Shown here in pieces: positions 39,914-51,634 of a stretch of DNA of 64,000 bases. The stretch covers positions 398,660,001-398,724,000 of the forward strand of contig OZ024740.1 of assembly GCA_964016885.1 (NCBI GenBank), in the 5' to 3' direction. Position numbers and translations under genes: made by a program. The first letter of the stretch is position 1. Each line of letters opens with the position of its first letter. The notes under the pieces are model-generated. The model had not been told where the DNA came from. It saw only the letters and a list, made by a program, of their open reading frames with translations, and did no database searches. The DNA is from Eledone cirrhosa (lineage: Eukaryota).

Positions 39914-40083
39914 TTAACCCTTTAGCATTCACATTATTTTATATATTGACGCATAGTCACGGCCCTTACCATTCTGAGTTCAAATCCCGCCTTTCATCCT
40001 TACGGGGTCGATAAAATAAAGTACCAGTAATGTACTGGGGAATTGCTGGCCTTGTGCCAATAGTAGAAACACTAAAGGGTTAA
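39914..40083. mobile_element. Mini piggyBac-type MITE whose interior is SINE sequence
   Basis: TTAA|CCCTTTAG...CTAAAGGG|TTAA; interior matches 61765-61914. Confidence 0.8.
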
Positions 40084-41423
40084 TCATCCTCATATATGAC
40101 ATCTCTAATGCCAGTAGCCCCCAAAATGTATTTAAACCGACTGTATCCAGCCAGAATTCTCTTGCCTCTTTCTGTTCAAACCAGCTATAACTGACCATTC
40201 ATACTGATATTAAGGTATCGTTTCAAAATAAACATCAAAATCTCATAAATTCAATAGTGTGTGAAGTAAAGCCTTTACCATAAAAATACAATAGTATATA
40301 TAGAGTATGTAAATGCTAAAGGATGAATACATTCTATAATGTGTTGATAATGACATCCAACTGTAGAAAACACCTCAAAATAGAACATATGAGTGAGGCA
40401 TGGTCTCTGCAGACTGCATCACAGGCTATCTATCTAGGAGAAAAATGACTCTAAATAAGATCTAATATAGTAAAGATCCATTTCTGTGGGTAACAACTAT
40501 TATCAACTCAAGAACTCATTAATTTTTATATATCTTTCTCCATTACTCAAGGTAGCTGCATTGAGAAAAAGTGTCAAGTACAAGCTTATCAAATTAATAT
40601 TTCTTGTACTTATTAAGGATGTCCGTAAGTGCTAGAAATTGTATAATGCACTCTGATCATTGAGAAACTCTGTAATCAGTGAATATATACAAAACATTTT
40701 TAACATAAAGGTATATCTTAAATATGTATTTCTAACATAGGCCCAAATCCATAAATTTGGAAGGGTGGGAAAGTTGATTATATCAACCTCAGTATTTGAC
40801 TGGTACTATATTTTTTATCAACCCTGAAAGGATGAAAGGCAAAGTTGACCGTGGCAAGATTTGAACTTCTAGTTAATAAGTTTCCTTGAAAAATGAGGAA
40901 TAATAATGCCAAGTTAACAAGCTATGCTGAATATTTCTGTTACCCAACTAAATATATCTTCATAGGAGCTACTGAAAGAATGGGGGAGATGTATTGGGTG
41001 GTAATATTTCTCACCATCATCCATACATGCCTCTCTGCCTCTCTCGCTCAATAACTTCTAAGATTATTCATTTAGTTGGTTAACAGGGCATTTGATCTGT
41101 CCATTTCCTATCCCTCCATCAGCGTTTATTATCACTCTGCCTATCCCCCATTACAATATCTGTGTAATGAGAGATAGCTTTGGATCTGTCCATATTCAAT
41201 ATTGTCATCTCCCACTAACCATTCTCTATCCCCGATGAAACTCTTACAACTCTCACCATTACACTTATATGTTGCTATCCTACCATTACACATCCCTCTT
41301 GCTATCCCATCAAGCTGCTAATGTTTTGCATTTAGCCTCCTACCTACTGTTAACGACCAGCGTGAAGCTACTCCTGTTCCTCTGCCACTCTCATCATTTC
41401 CACACTTCATATTCAGTCATACT

Positions 41424-43756
41424 GGAGACAAGTGTACTTCGCAAGAAGGGAAGCAGAGGAAAGAAAGTTCAAGCATGTTCTACAACGCGTGGACCAAAAA
41501 CGTGAGGTGTTCAGGATTGCTAGGCAATGCGTCAAGGAAAACCGTGATATTGTCGGGGAGAAGTGTGTACTTAATGATGACGGCGTACTTGCCATCACCG
41601 ACGCTGATAAGAAGGTAGCTTGGAAGTGTCACTATGAAAGGCTACTAAATGAGGAGAATAAATGGGAGAAAGACAGTCTCCCCCACATCGACCCAATAGA
41701 GGGACCAGCAGTGTTAGTCGAGGGGAGTATAATAAGTAAGGCAATCAAGGATATGAAGACGGGTAAGGCGGCTGGGCCTTCGGAAATAGTTGCTGAGATG
41801 CTGAAGGCATCTGGCACGGTGGGACACACCATGGTCACCTGCATAGTTAACCAAGTCGTACAGAATGGGGTTGTTCCGAAGAACTGGCATAGCAGCATCA
41901 TCGTTAACTGTTATAAGGGTAAAGGAGATGCCCTAGATAGGAGTAACTATAGAGGCATTAAATTAATCGACCAGGTCATGGTCACGGAAAAAGTAATAGC
42001 GCAACTAATCAGAGAGAGAATTGACCTAGATGAAATGCAGTTCGGGTTTGTGTCAGGCAAAAGTACCACAGACGCTCTTTTCATTGTACGACAACTACAG
42101 GAGAAGTACCTAGCTAAAGGTAAACCCCTCTACTTAGCTTTTGTCGACTTGGAGAAAGCCTTCGTCAGAGTCCCCCGTTCCATTATCTCGTGGGCTCTTA
42201 GAAAACTAGGGGTTGACGAATGGCTTGTGAGAGCTATACAAGCCATGTATAAAGAAACAGTCAGCAAGGTTAGAATTAACAACGAATATAGTGAAGAGTT
42301 TAGCGTAAAAGTTGGCGTCCATCAGGGCTCTGTTCTCAGCCCCCTACTATTTATTATTACCCTTCAGGCTATAACAGAGGAGTTCAAGACCGGCTGCCCA
42401 TGGGAGCTCCTATATGCAGACGACCTGACACTCATAGCTGAATCAATGGCCGAGCTAGAGAAGAAATTCCAAACATGGAATCACGGCCTAGAATCAAAAG
42501 GACTTAAAATTAACCTGGCTAAGACTAAAGTTCTAGTTTGTAGGAAAGAAAATAAGGCGGCGGTCCCTTCTGGGAAATGGCCATGCTCAGTGTGTAGGAA
42601 AGGCGTAGGTAGAAACTCCATTTTATGTCCCAAATGCAAAGTATGGGTGCATAAAAGATGTAGTGGGATCACAGGTAAGCTAACTAAGAACATAGATTTT
42701 ACATGTGGCTGGTGCTCTGGTGCAATAAGTAGCAAGTGCCCACAAAATACTAGCTCTTTCAATTGCACAGAGGGTTCTATAGAAATAGTGGACAGCTTCC
42801 GTTACCTGGGCGACAAAATCAACAGTGGGGGAGGGTGCTCTGAAAGTACAGTAGCTAGAGTCAGAACTGGTTGGAAAAAGTTCAGAGAGCTTATACCACT
42901 ATTAGCCGCTAGAGGGTTCTCCCTAAAAATGAAAGGCAGGTTATACGATGCCTGCATACGAACAGCAATGCTGCATGGCAGTGAGACCTGGGCATTGTGT
43001 GCAGAGGATATACGCAGACTAGAGAGGAACGAAGCTTGCATGCTCCGCTGGATGTGTAACAGTAATATACGTGAACGGCAAAGCATAAACGAACTAAGGA
43101 AAAAATTAGAGATAAGAGGGATCAGATGTTGTTTACTCGAGAGAAGGCTACGTTGGTATGGACACGTGATGCGCATGAAAGTCGATAGCTGTATAACAAA
43201 GTGCAGGGCAATAAAGATAGACGGTAGCCACGGAATAGGCAGACCTAGAAAAACCTGGGACGAGTTAATAAACTCCAACCTCACACACTTACACCTCTCC
43301 AAGACAATGTCACTGGACCGAGACCTTTGGCGGTACTCAGTAACAGAGAAGACCCGCCTTACCTAAATACATAGTAAAACCTACTACAGCCAGTAGGCAT
43401 CTCTAACAAAATACACCCCGTCCCACCACCCCCACCCCATCCACACCACCCTGTTCTATGTAAAGTTATGTTGGTGCCGCGCCATCCAGGCCGAAACCAA
43501 TGAGATCGTGTAGGTGTCACGACAAAAAAACACAGTCCACGCTGTAATGTGGCCGTGTAGGCAACACGGTAAAAACCTGCCAGACCCACACTGTAAATGT
43601 GGTTGGTGTTAGGAAGGGCATCCAACTGTAGAAAACCTGCTAGACAGTCCTATGCAAGCAAGACAATCACTCTTGCCTCAAGTGGGAATACCCCCGTCCA
43701 AACCCATGCAAGCGTGGAACACGGACGTTAAACGTTGATGATGATGATGATGATGA
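41424..43756 (+). mobile_element. Young 5'-truncated RTE LINE
   Basis: Uninterrupted 644-aa frame, 390-bp 3' UTR, (GAT)n tail; endonuclease domain absent. Confidence 0.95.
41432..43366 (+). CDS. RTE reverse transcriptase ORF (N-terminally truncated) with embedded PHD-type finger
   Basis: NYRGIKL, QFGF, FVDLEKAF, GVHQGSVLSP, LYADD, FRYLG motifs; GTG start is probably a truncation artefact. Confidence 0.88.
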   Translation: MYFARREAEERKFKHVLQRVDQKREVFRIARQCVKENRDIVGEKCVLNDDGVLAITDADKKVAWKCHYERLLNEENKWEKDSLPHIDPIEGPAVLVEGSIISKAIKDMKTGKAAGPSEIVAEMLKASGTVGHTMVTCIVNQVVQNGVVPKNWHSSIIVNCYKGKGDALDRSNYRGIKLIDQVMVTEKVIAQLIRERIDLDEMQFGFVSGKSTTDALFIVRQLQEKYLAKGKPLYLAFVDLEKAFVRVPRSIISWALRKLGVDEWLVRAIQAMYKETVSKVRINNEYSEEFSVKVGVHQGSVLSPLLFIITLQAITEEFKTGCPWELLYADDLTLIAESMAELEKKFQTWNHGLESKGLKINLAKTKVLVCRKENKAAVPSGKWPCSVCRKGVGRNSILCPKCKVWVHKRCSGITGKLTKNIDFTCGWCSGAISSKCPQNTSSFNCTEGSIEIVDSFRYLGDKINSGGGCSESTVARVRTGWKKFRELIPLLAARGFSLKMKGRLYDACIRTAMLHGSETWALCAEDIRRLERNEACMLRWMCNSNIRERQSINELRKKLEIRGIRCCLLERRLRWYGHVMRMKVDSCITKCRAIKIDGSHGIGRPRKTWDELINSNLTHLHLSKTMSLDRDLWRYSVTEKTRLT

Positions 43757-44603
43757 CTGCCTCCTTTCAACCTCTTAACCATCATTCCACTCTCCTCCTA
43801 ATTACACTGTAGATGCATTTAGATTTATAAGCAACTCATATCATTTGAGAAGAGTAATGAAATAGGCAGTGATGTATACAATATCTCAAACTAGAACTAC
43901 TACGACAAAACAGGTGGTATTTTCTAAACCAGCAACAAAAATATCCATATGGTCTAAAATCCTAGGCACTAACAAAACTTTTTTTTTTTTTTCCCCTAGT
44001 GTTATCAGTGAAATGGTTGTAACCCAATAAACAAATTTTACACTAAACAATTTCTTTGTTTAAACTTAATTAAGCCAATATCATTAAGATACCAACCAAA
44101 GGAAAAAGTGTACACTAATGTGTTAAATAGTGAGAAAAACGATTTTGTGTGGGTTGAAAACTTGAATGCGTTTCTGCTACTCCATATGGAACTGGCGTGC
44201 ACAAAAATTAGGTAATGCTATTAAGCATTACATAATTGGCTAAAAACAACTTCATCAGCAATTAGCCTCTCTGGAGCAGGTCAGCTACCCACCGTCTGAC
44301 CTAGTATAATTTCCCCCTTACAGTAGTAAACACAACCTTCAGTGTCACTTGACAGTGAAAGGGAGGTAAACTAGTTCTGCCTAGTCACAGAAAACACGGC
44401 ATGTTTTTTTTTAAATTGGAAAAAGAAAAAGTGAAAATGGGCCCAGAAGCAATCAACCAGGGCTTCCGTACAGAAAGCAAAGACAAAATTGCAAACAATA
44501 AATAAATAAAACTATAATAAACAGTAAAAAATTCATCTTACAATTTGGATGCAAGTTATCCCTGGGAGTTTGAAATAATAATAATAATATACACACACAT
44601 ATT

Positions 44604-45100
44604 ATGGAATACCCTCCAGGCATCTACCATACTCTGAACGCCTTGCTTCCCTGGGCATGGATACAGTGAAGCTCCAACGTCTGGCAACTGACTTGGTAAA
44701 CGCCCACAAAATTGTTAACCATCTTGCCAACAACAACCCTGGGTACCTTTTTGATTTCCATGTGTCTAACACAAAGTCAGAAAACAGCACAGTTCCCATG
44801 ACTTTCGGAAACATTTTTTCACGCTCAGAGTTGCTGAAGCATGGAACAAACTACCTGCATCAGTTGTTAGCTGTCGAGACACTGCATCCTTTAAAACCTC
44901 CATGCTACCCAAGATTTTCCAACACTACACCTAATGTTCCCCTTCCACACACATGCACACATGTACACATGTATGTCATGACTCATACAGTTCACTTCCC
45001 TGACATTTGTATATTATTCTATGTACTATACATGCACCTTTGACGAGTTGTAGTGCACCTGAGCACTTTACACAATTTCATTATTATTATTTTTATTATA
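44604..45100 (+). mobile_element. 3' fragment of CR1-type LINE
   Basis: Close match to 63490-63995 with internal deletions; (ATT)n tail. Confidence 0.9.
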
Positions 45101-46034
45101 ATATCCCTTATATTGTCAGACAACTTCCAAAAGGCTTTATCAGAAAGAGCCATGGCACAGCTAGTTTCTCATTGTAATTGGAGATAAATCTTTAATCAGG
45201 GATGTACTGCAACACATTCTTCACCTCCATACTTGTTGCTTCAGCTACAGACCAGGTCTTTACCAACTGCATCCATTTTGTGCTGATCACTGTCAAGACC
45301 ACTGATGTCTTCAGTCCCTGAACTGCAATTTTCCTCTGCAAAATTCAGAGTAGTGCATCCCAACTGAATAGGACTGTGAGGTGGAATGGCTGATGCTGCT
45401 GGCTTTTTCTACGGTAATTTCTTCACAGGGGTGCAACTGAGATATACTGCCTAGACATTATTGATAAAAGCATATTTTCTATTATTAGAACTTGTATGTG
45501 CATCTTATCATAGCTAATCATCCAAAAGGCTTCCATAGTTTCTGTGTACTAGTAAGTCTCCTCATTGGTCAATTGTTCTTTATTGAAAATGTTGAGGTGA
45601 TAAAGCTGAGTAGATAACACTATGGACTACTTGTTCATCGAGAGTTCAAGTCTAATCTATTGTGAACATTTCATTGTGTATTTTGTTTTATTTGTGAAGC
45701 ATATACATACATTAACAGAGAAACACTATTAGTAATTTTGTAAAAAGAGCTTATTTTGCTTATTTCAAGGTACAACTAAGAAGCCAAGACGAGCCATGGG
45801 CTCTTTATGCTGTGTATAAAACATGTGCTGAGCATCAGTGGCAAAGGAACCAATGGAAAGAAGTGGGGCCTGAAATCTGATGTACCAATGTACATTCAGA
45901 TGAGGCACCTGTTCCATCATTCAGCAATCTTCCAGAGCTCCTTCAAGAAGTTAATGAACTACTGACAAAAAAAGTATATATGGGCAAAATTAGTGATTTG
46001 GACAGACAGTAGTCATCAGTAAAAGAAGAGAGTA

Positions 46035-46902
46035 AACTTAGCTAAAACTAAAGTGTTAGTGGATAGAAGAGAAGATAGGACCCAGTGTTCCTTCAGGGAA
46101 GTGGCCATGCTCAAAGGAGTAGGCATAACATATGATGTACACAATGTAAACCTTAGGTACACAAGAGATGTAGTGGGATAATGAGTAGACTAACAGGAAG
46201 GGAGAACTTTGCTTGTAGAAGATGCAGAGGAGAAATCGAGAAGACTGCTAATGATATAAATATTTTCTAGTCATAGAAAGGATACATAGACGTGGTTGAT
46301 AGCTTCTGCTATCTAGGTGAACTATTTAGCAGTGGAGGAGGGTGCGCCAAGAGTATAATAGCTAGAATAAGGATGGAATGGGAGACGTTTAGAGAACTAC
46401 TCTCACTGCTGACAACAACAGTTTCTCCTTATGTACAAAAGGAAGGCTGTATGATGCTTGTGGGTGGTGCACGATGCTGCATGGTAGTGAAATATGGGTT
46501 GTGACTGCAGAGGACATGTGTAGATTGGAGAAAAATGAAGCAATCATGTTTCATTGAATGTGCAATGTAAATGTGAGAGAAAGGTAGAGCTTGGATGAGC
46601 TGAGTTTAAGGGGAATCTGTGATGGTGTGTAGGAGAGAAGACTGCATTGGTATGGACATGTGGTGCACATGGAGAATGACCGATGAGTGAAGAAATGCCA
46701 GGAAATCCCAGTGGAAGCCGCAGTAGAAGACAACCAAGAAAGACCTGGGCAGAGGTTGTGAGAGCTGACCTTAAATCACTAAGACTGGCAAAGGGGATGA
46801 CAAACGATCGTGACAATTGAAGAGATGCTGAGCCGGGAAGACCCGTCTAACCCATGCAAGAATGGAAAAGCAGGCATAAAAACAATGATGATTATGATGA
46901 TG
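46035..46902 (+). mobile_element. Degraded RTE LINE, 3' half
   Basis: KWPC..HKRCSG..C..C, VDSFCYLG, RRQPRKTW remnants; runs directly into tail. Confidence 0.85.
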
Positions 46903-48002
46903 TTACTAGTCCTTCGACTAGTAAAACCAGTAAAAAAAGTAGAGTGCAAATACTTATTACATATAACCAATCCTCATCGTCCTTTGTGATCTTTGTTGTG
47001 ATCTTTGTTGTGAGGTTCGGCATTTTAAGGTCAACCTTCAACTACTTCATCCCATGTCTTTCTGCATCTGCTTCTTCCAATTTTATAAAAATCAGGTGTT
47101 TTGGACCTCTGTCAGTTCCAACAATGGGTGCTTCAGTTGATCAAACAACAAAACTGCCTGTTCATGAAATTAATGTGCAAATGGCTGAGCATTCCACAGA
47201 CATGGCACCTTTAATGTAGTTCTCAGGGAAATTCAGTATGACACTATTATAAGGCTGGTCCTTTGAATTACACTTTTTTACAGTTGAATTGACTAGAGCA
47301 TCATGAAATAAAATGTTGTTCAAGGATGCAATGTGTCACCAGGAATAAAACTCTTTATGTTAAGATTATGAGCTGAACACCTTAACCACTAAGTCACATA
47401 TCTTCACTTGAAATACCTTTCAATGGAGATATGAAAATCTAATGAGTAGAATATCAAGAAAGCAATTCTGCAATATTCACACTTCCTGCAAATGTTAGGC
47501 AACACAATCTCTGATGTTTTATGGTAGGCAGACATGTTGATATTTGAAAACATACTGCACTGATTCTGTGCAATCATTGCATAGAAAAACCATAAATATT
47601 TGGAAGATATCAGAACAATAAAATGTCTGAAAAATGTTGGTCCTTCAATATATTTACACATTTTAAAAGGATTGAAATTCAATTATTTTTAAAATCATTT
47701 TATCTTTATTTTTTTAATGAAAATGTTAATTTTATAAAAAATATCAAGTATATGCAAACATATTTTCTCTTTTATATATATGTATATATATATGAAATAT
47801 ATATATATATATGTATATATATATGAAATATATATATATATGAAATGATGATATATATATAGTACTAGAAAAAATGCACACAGAAAAACAGTTCATAAGA
47901 TGAACAAAAAACTGCATCTCTAGGCCTCTTAGGCCACCTTCTGATGTGCAATTTCGTATATATGTATATATATATATTATTCTTATAATTATTGATAAAA
48001 TA

Positions 48003-48117
48003 TCAGAGTGATGCTGTCATTCCTCCAGTGACTCTGAATGTTTCGCCTGTTATATAAGTAGCCTCTTCAGACACCAAAAAAGACACCATATTAGCACATT
48101 CTTCTGGAGTACCAAAT
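48003..48117 (-). CDS. DHRS4: DHRS4-like SDR, terminal coding exon
   Basis: ttatag|; (R)FGTPEECANMVSFLVSEEATYITGETFRVTGGMTASL*. Confidence 0.92.
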
Positions 48118-49684
48118 CTATAAAATTATGCAATGAAAACATTATTAACAAAAATAATTGAAAATGGATAAAAATAAAACAGATATTCAATCTTTTTTTT
48201 ATGCTAAATTTCTCTAGATATGAAATAATCTGATAACTGCTCATTCCAAATCAAAATATTGCAAATTCCCAGATCTTTGGTCATTCACAGTAGTCAAAGT
48301 TTATTATTTCAATTTACTCATGGCTGCATATGTATCAAAGAAAGCTAAAAAAGTGATAATCAAATTTATACCACTCAACAGCCCTTAAGAGAATTATAAA
48401 AGGCAGTGTTACTGGTGTATAGTAAAGAATATGGCCTAAAACACAAACAGAAGTCAACTACTTTAACTAAATTTGGGATATTCAAGCCTTTACATGGTCA
48501 CTCAACCAGCAAGAAAGAGTAGTCAAATCTCCCTTATGTCAAACACCATTGCTTGAAACATACCCCTAAGAAAATGGGATGGCAGGACTGCTTTTGATCA
48601 TAGGTTTACTCAATTAAGGGTGAATTGAGGCTATCTATAGAATATTATTTGTGCAATGCATGACCAGCTGTTCATGGTTACTTTCTCTACTACAACTAAA
48701 AGAGATTTCATTCATCTAAATTTGCTAAATGTTCTTAATGTAATTCACACGTTACATTTGTAGACAACACTCCAAAAATTGTTGTCTGTTTTGTCTCAAA
48801 CTCTACCAGGAATATTTATGCATCCACATGAATTAAGGTGTGGACATCTCTTCTTGGATTCTTTCTTATACTCTGTGCAACTGAATCTTCTCAGCTGTTA
48901 TATGTGATAATCTCTTTGGTCACTAATCTTCAACAAAGTAACCAAAACAATGAATTTTTCAACAGGCTCCTATGTTCATCAAACATTTGAACCTTTTCCT
49001 CTCTTGATGTATGTGGAAACATGCAACAGTATACTCCCAAGAAAAGCAAACTGTCTAGCTGCCAATTTATCCAAATTGCCACCTTTAACATCTTTATCCT
49101 TTCTCTCCTCACTGACATCAGTAGAAATTTTGAAGAGCTGAGCGAGATTCACAATACACCTATCTCATGACACACACAATTTTCTTTTACTTTGGAGAAA
49201 TTCACAGAAAGCAACAGTGATATACTAGACATCAAACACAGCTATTGTGAGTGTCTGATATGTAACCTCCATAATTACCACTCATTACAGACAAACTCCA
49301 TTCATATTTGCATCATCTTTTCCTTATTGGCCGATATTATCAGAATTATCTCCCTTGGTTGCTGCTTTTTAGATTTTAAATAGCTCCGGAGTGAGTTGTT
49401 ACATAATTATTGCATGAATAATTGCAGTTTGTCATAGTTTTTCATCTCACCATATTACAAAGATGAGAGCCTATTGTATGAGTATTTAGGGTACAGAACA
49501 CTCTGCTGGAGTATTTTCTCTCAACCCTATTGTTAACATAAACCATTTCTCCTACTCTAAAAAAGCCTGAAAATGTTATAGACCCACTTTTTCTCCCTCC
49601 CAAAACTAAGCAACAAAACAAAAAACAAATTGCCTTTTTTCTCTGAATAAAAGCAAATGATAATTTAAAAACTTGGAAACTCAC

Positions 49685-49728
49685 CTATTCATGGGAATGC
49701 GTGCCATAATGGCTTCATCTGATTTCAG
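49685..49728 (-). CDS. DHRS4: DHRS4-like exon, 44 bp
   Basis: ttttag| LKSDEAIMARIPMNR |gtgagt; phases fit both neighbours. Confidence 0.88.
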
Positions 49729-51159
49729 CTAAAAATACAAAAAAAGTACAAATAATATAATTTTTTTTTTATTGGTGGTAGGGTGAACACTTTTTTTTAA
49801 TCCTTAATCTTAATATAACAGTAAAGAAGCAAACCATAGCTCAGGAATTAGTGTGTTGCTGTAGAGTAAACTTTGGTCCACTCTACTAGAGATATATAGC
49901 AAGGACATCAATCTCATATGTCGCAGAAGTTGGCTGGCTATGGATTGTGTTCATCTGTCCTTTGATTGATTTTGTTTTTGTCTTGCTAGGTTTCTAGCTC
50001 CCCTCCTCACCTAGCTAGCCAGGTCGGGGTGCTGGTTTAGTTGTCAATGATTTGATCATGTAACATAGCAATATGGATAGAAAGCTAAAGAAACTTGACA
50101 TGGCAATCTTACATAGATTATAAACCATCAGCAAGTGATCTTACTGATGAAAAATACCTTTCAATAGATCTATTCAATAACATTCAATATTGTAGTTGCT
50201 AACAAGGTACTTTCTACATGATAATTTAATCTGCTAGAAATAGCAACCAAATCCCTATTGAATTGTACCCTACCATCTTTAAAAACAAACGAGACAATTC
50301 AGTGAATAATGTAGTCTGTTTATGAAAATAATGCAAATACTGTTTAAAATAACAAGATGGTCATGATTGGAACACCTTTAATCAAAGGGCTAAACAGAAA
50401 CAAAAACAGTTAGAAAAACAAGGATGACAGAAGAAATCTAGAAACATAAGACTTGGATTTAAAGGAGAGGAAAATGTGATTGTGTGATATTCATCACTTT
50501 GGTATTAGGAAGTTCATCCAACCATAGAAATTGTGTCAAATATGGAACATATGAGCAAGTCTTGGTTATCTGACAATGTCTTTTCTCACAGTGAGAACCA
50601 ATCCAACTCATTCCAAAATGGAAAATGGACATAAAACAATGATGGCTTTAGAACATATCTGAAAAATAATATCTTCAAATAGGTAATCCAAATTGAATTT
50701 AAGATTCAGTTTACTGAAAGGTCAATTAAATAGCTCCATGGTTAATAATTTCTTTCACATATAAAATTCTTAATTTATGAGAGTAGAATTGAAGTAGTTA
50801 TATGGCATTCAGGACATTTACTGAATTGTTAATAGGAGGCAGACTGAATCCATTGTTCAGTTTAGTACCCCTCCACATCCCGCCCATGTCTATGAATGCT
50901 TTCACAGAGACCATTCTGTTGCAAATATTCAAGTCAGGTACGTCAATAATTTCTCCCCAACCTGAAAGGATGTCCTTCCTTCTCTGACTAAATTGGAATC
51001 AGGACTATATTTGTAGACTTGTCCTACCCTGAAACTTGCTTCTCTCTAAACTTTATAGTCTTGGAAACACTGGATAAATAATAAAAAATATATATTTACT
51101 CTTTTTAAAAAGAAAAGGAAAATAAAAGAAATAAAGCAAATAATTAAAATATCACTTAC

Positions 51160-51294
51160 CATTTTACTAAAGTTGGTATCAATTAAACCAGGAGCTATAC
51201 CATTTACTCTGATATTTACTGGAGTAAGCTGAGGAACCAGTACTTTTACCAGACCAAGGAGAGCTGTTTTACTGACTGAATAAACACCAAGAAG
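51160..51294 (-). CDS. DHRS4: DHRS4-like exon, 135 bp, with catalytic YxxxK
   Basis: ttttag| LLGVYSVSKTALLGLVKVLVPQLTPVNIRVNGIAPGLIDTNFSKM |gtaagt. Confidence 0.95.
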
Positions 51295-51418
51295 CTAAAA
51301 GAAAATTAAAAGAAAATAATTATAAATTCAATAAATAGTAAAAATACCAAACTTTACAAATGCATTTTAAACATTTACTTAAAATTTTAAAAGATTTTAC
51401 CTGAGTTTAGTGCCTCCG

Positions 51419-51634
51419 TTAACCATTTAGCATTCACATTACTTTATATTTACTATTGTATTTTTGCAGTAAAGGCTTTATCTCACATAATATTGAATCA
51501 TTGAAATTTTGATATAATTTATTTTGTGAACAATACCTCAACATCGGTATGAGTGCTCAGTTATGGCCAGTTTGAACAGAAAAAGGTGAGAGAATTCTGG
51601 TCAGATATGGCCGGTTTAAATGCTAAAGGGTTAA
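51419..51634. mobile_element. piggyBac-type MITE (family 1)
   Basis: TTAA|CCATTTAGCATT...AATGCTAAAGGG|TTAA. Confidence 0.85.

Noticed and set aside
47940-48002. Stop-codon readthrough adding a PTS1 to DHRS4
   Set aside because: Context is TGA-TAT rather than TGA-CTA(G), and the extension runs into (TA)n with no nearby SKL-like end
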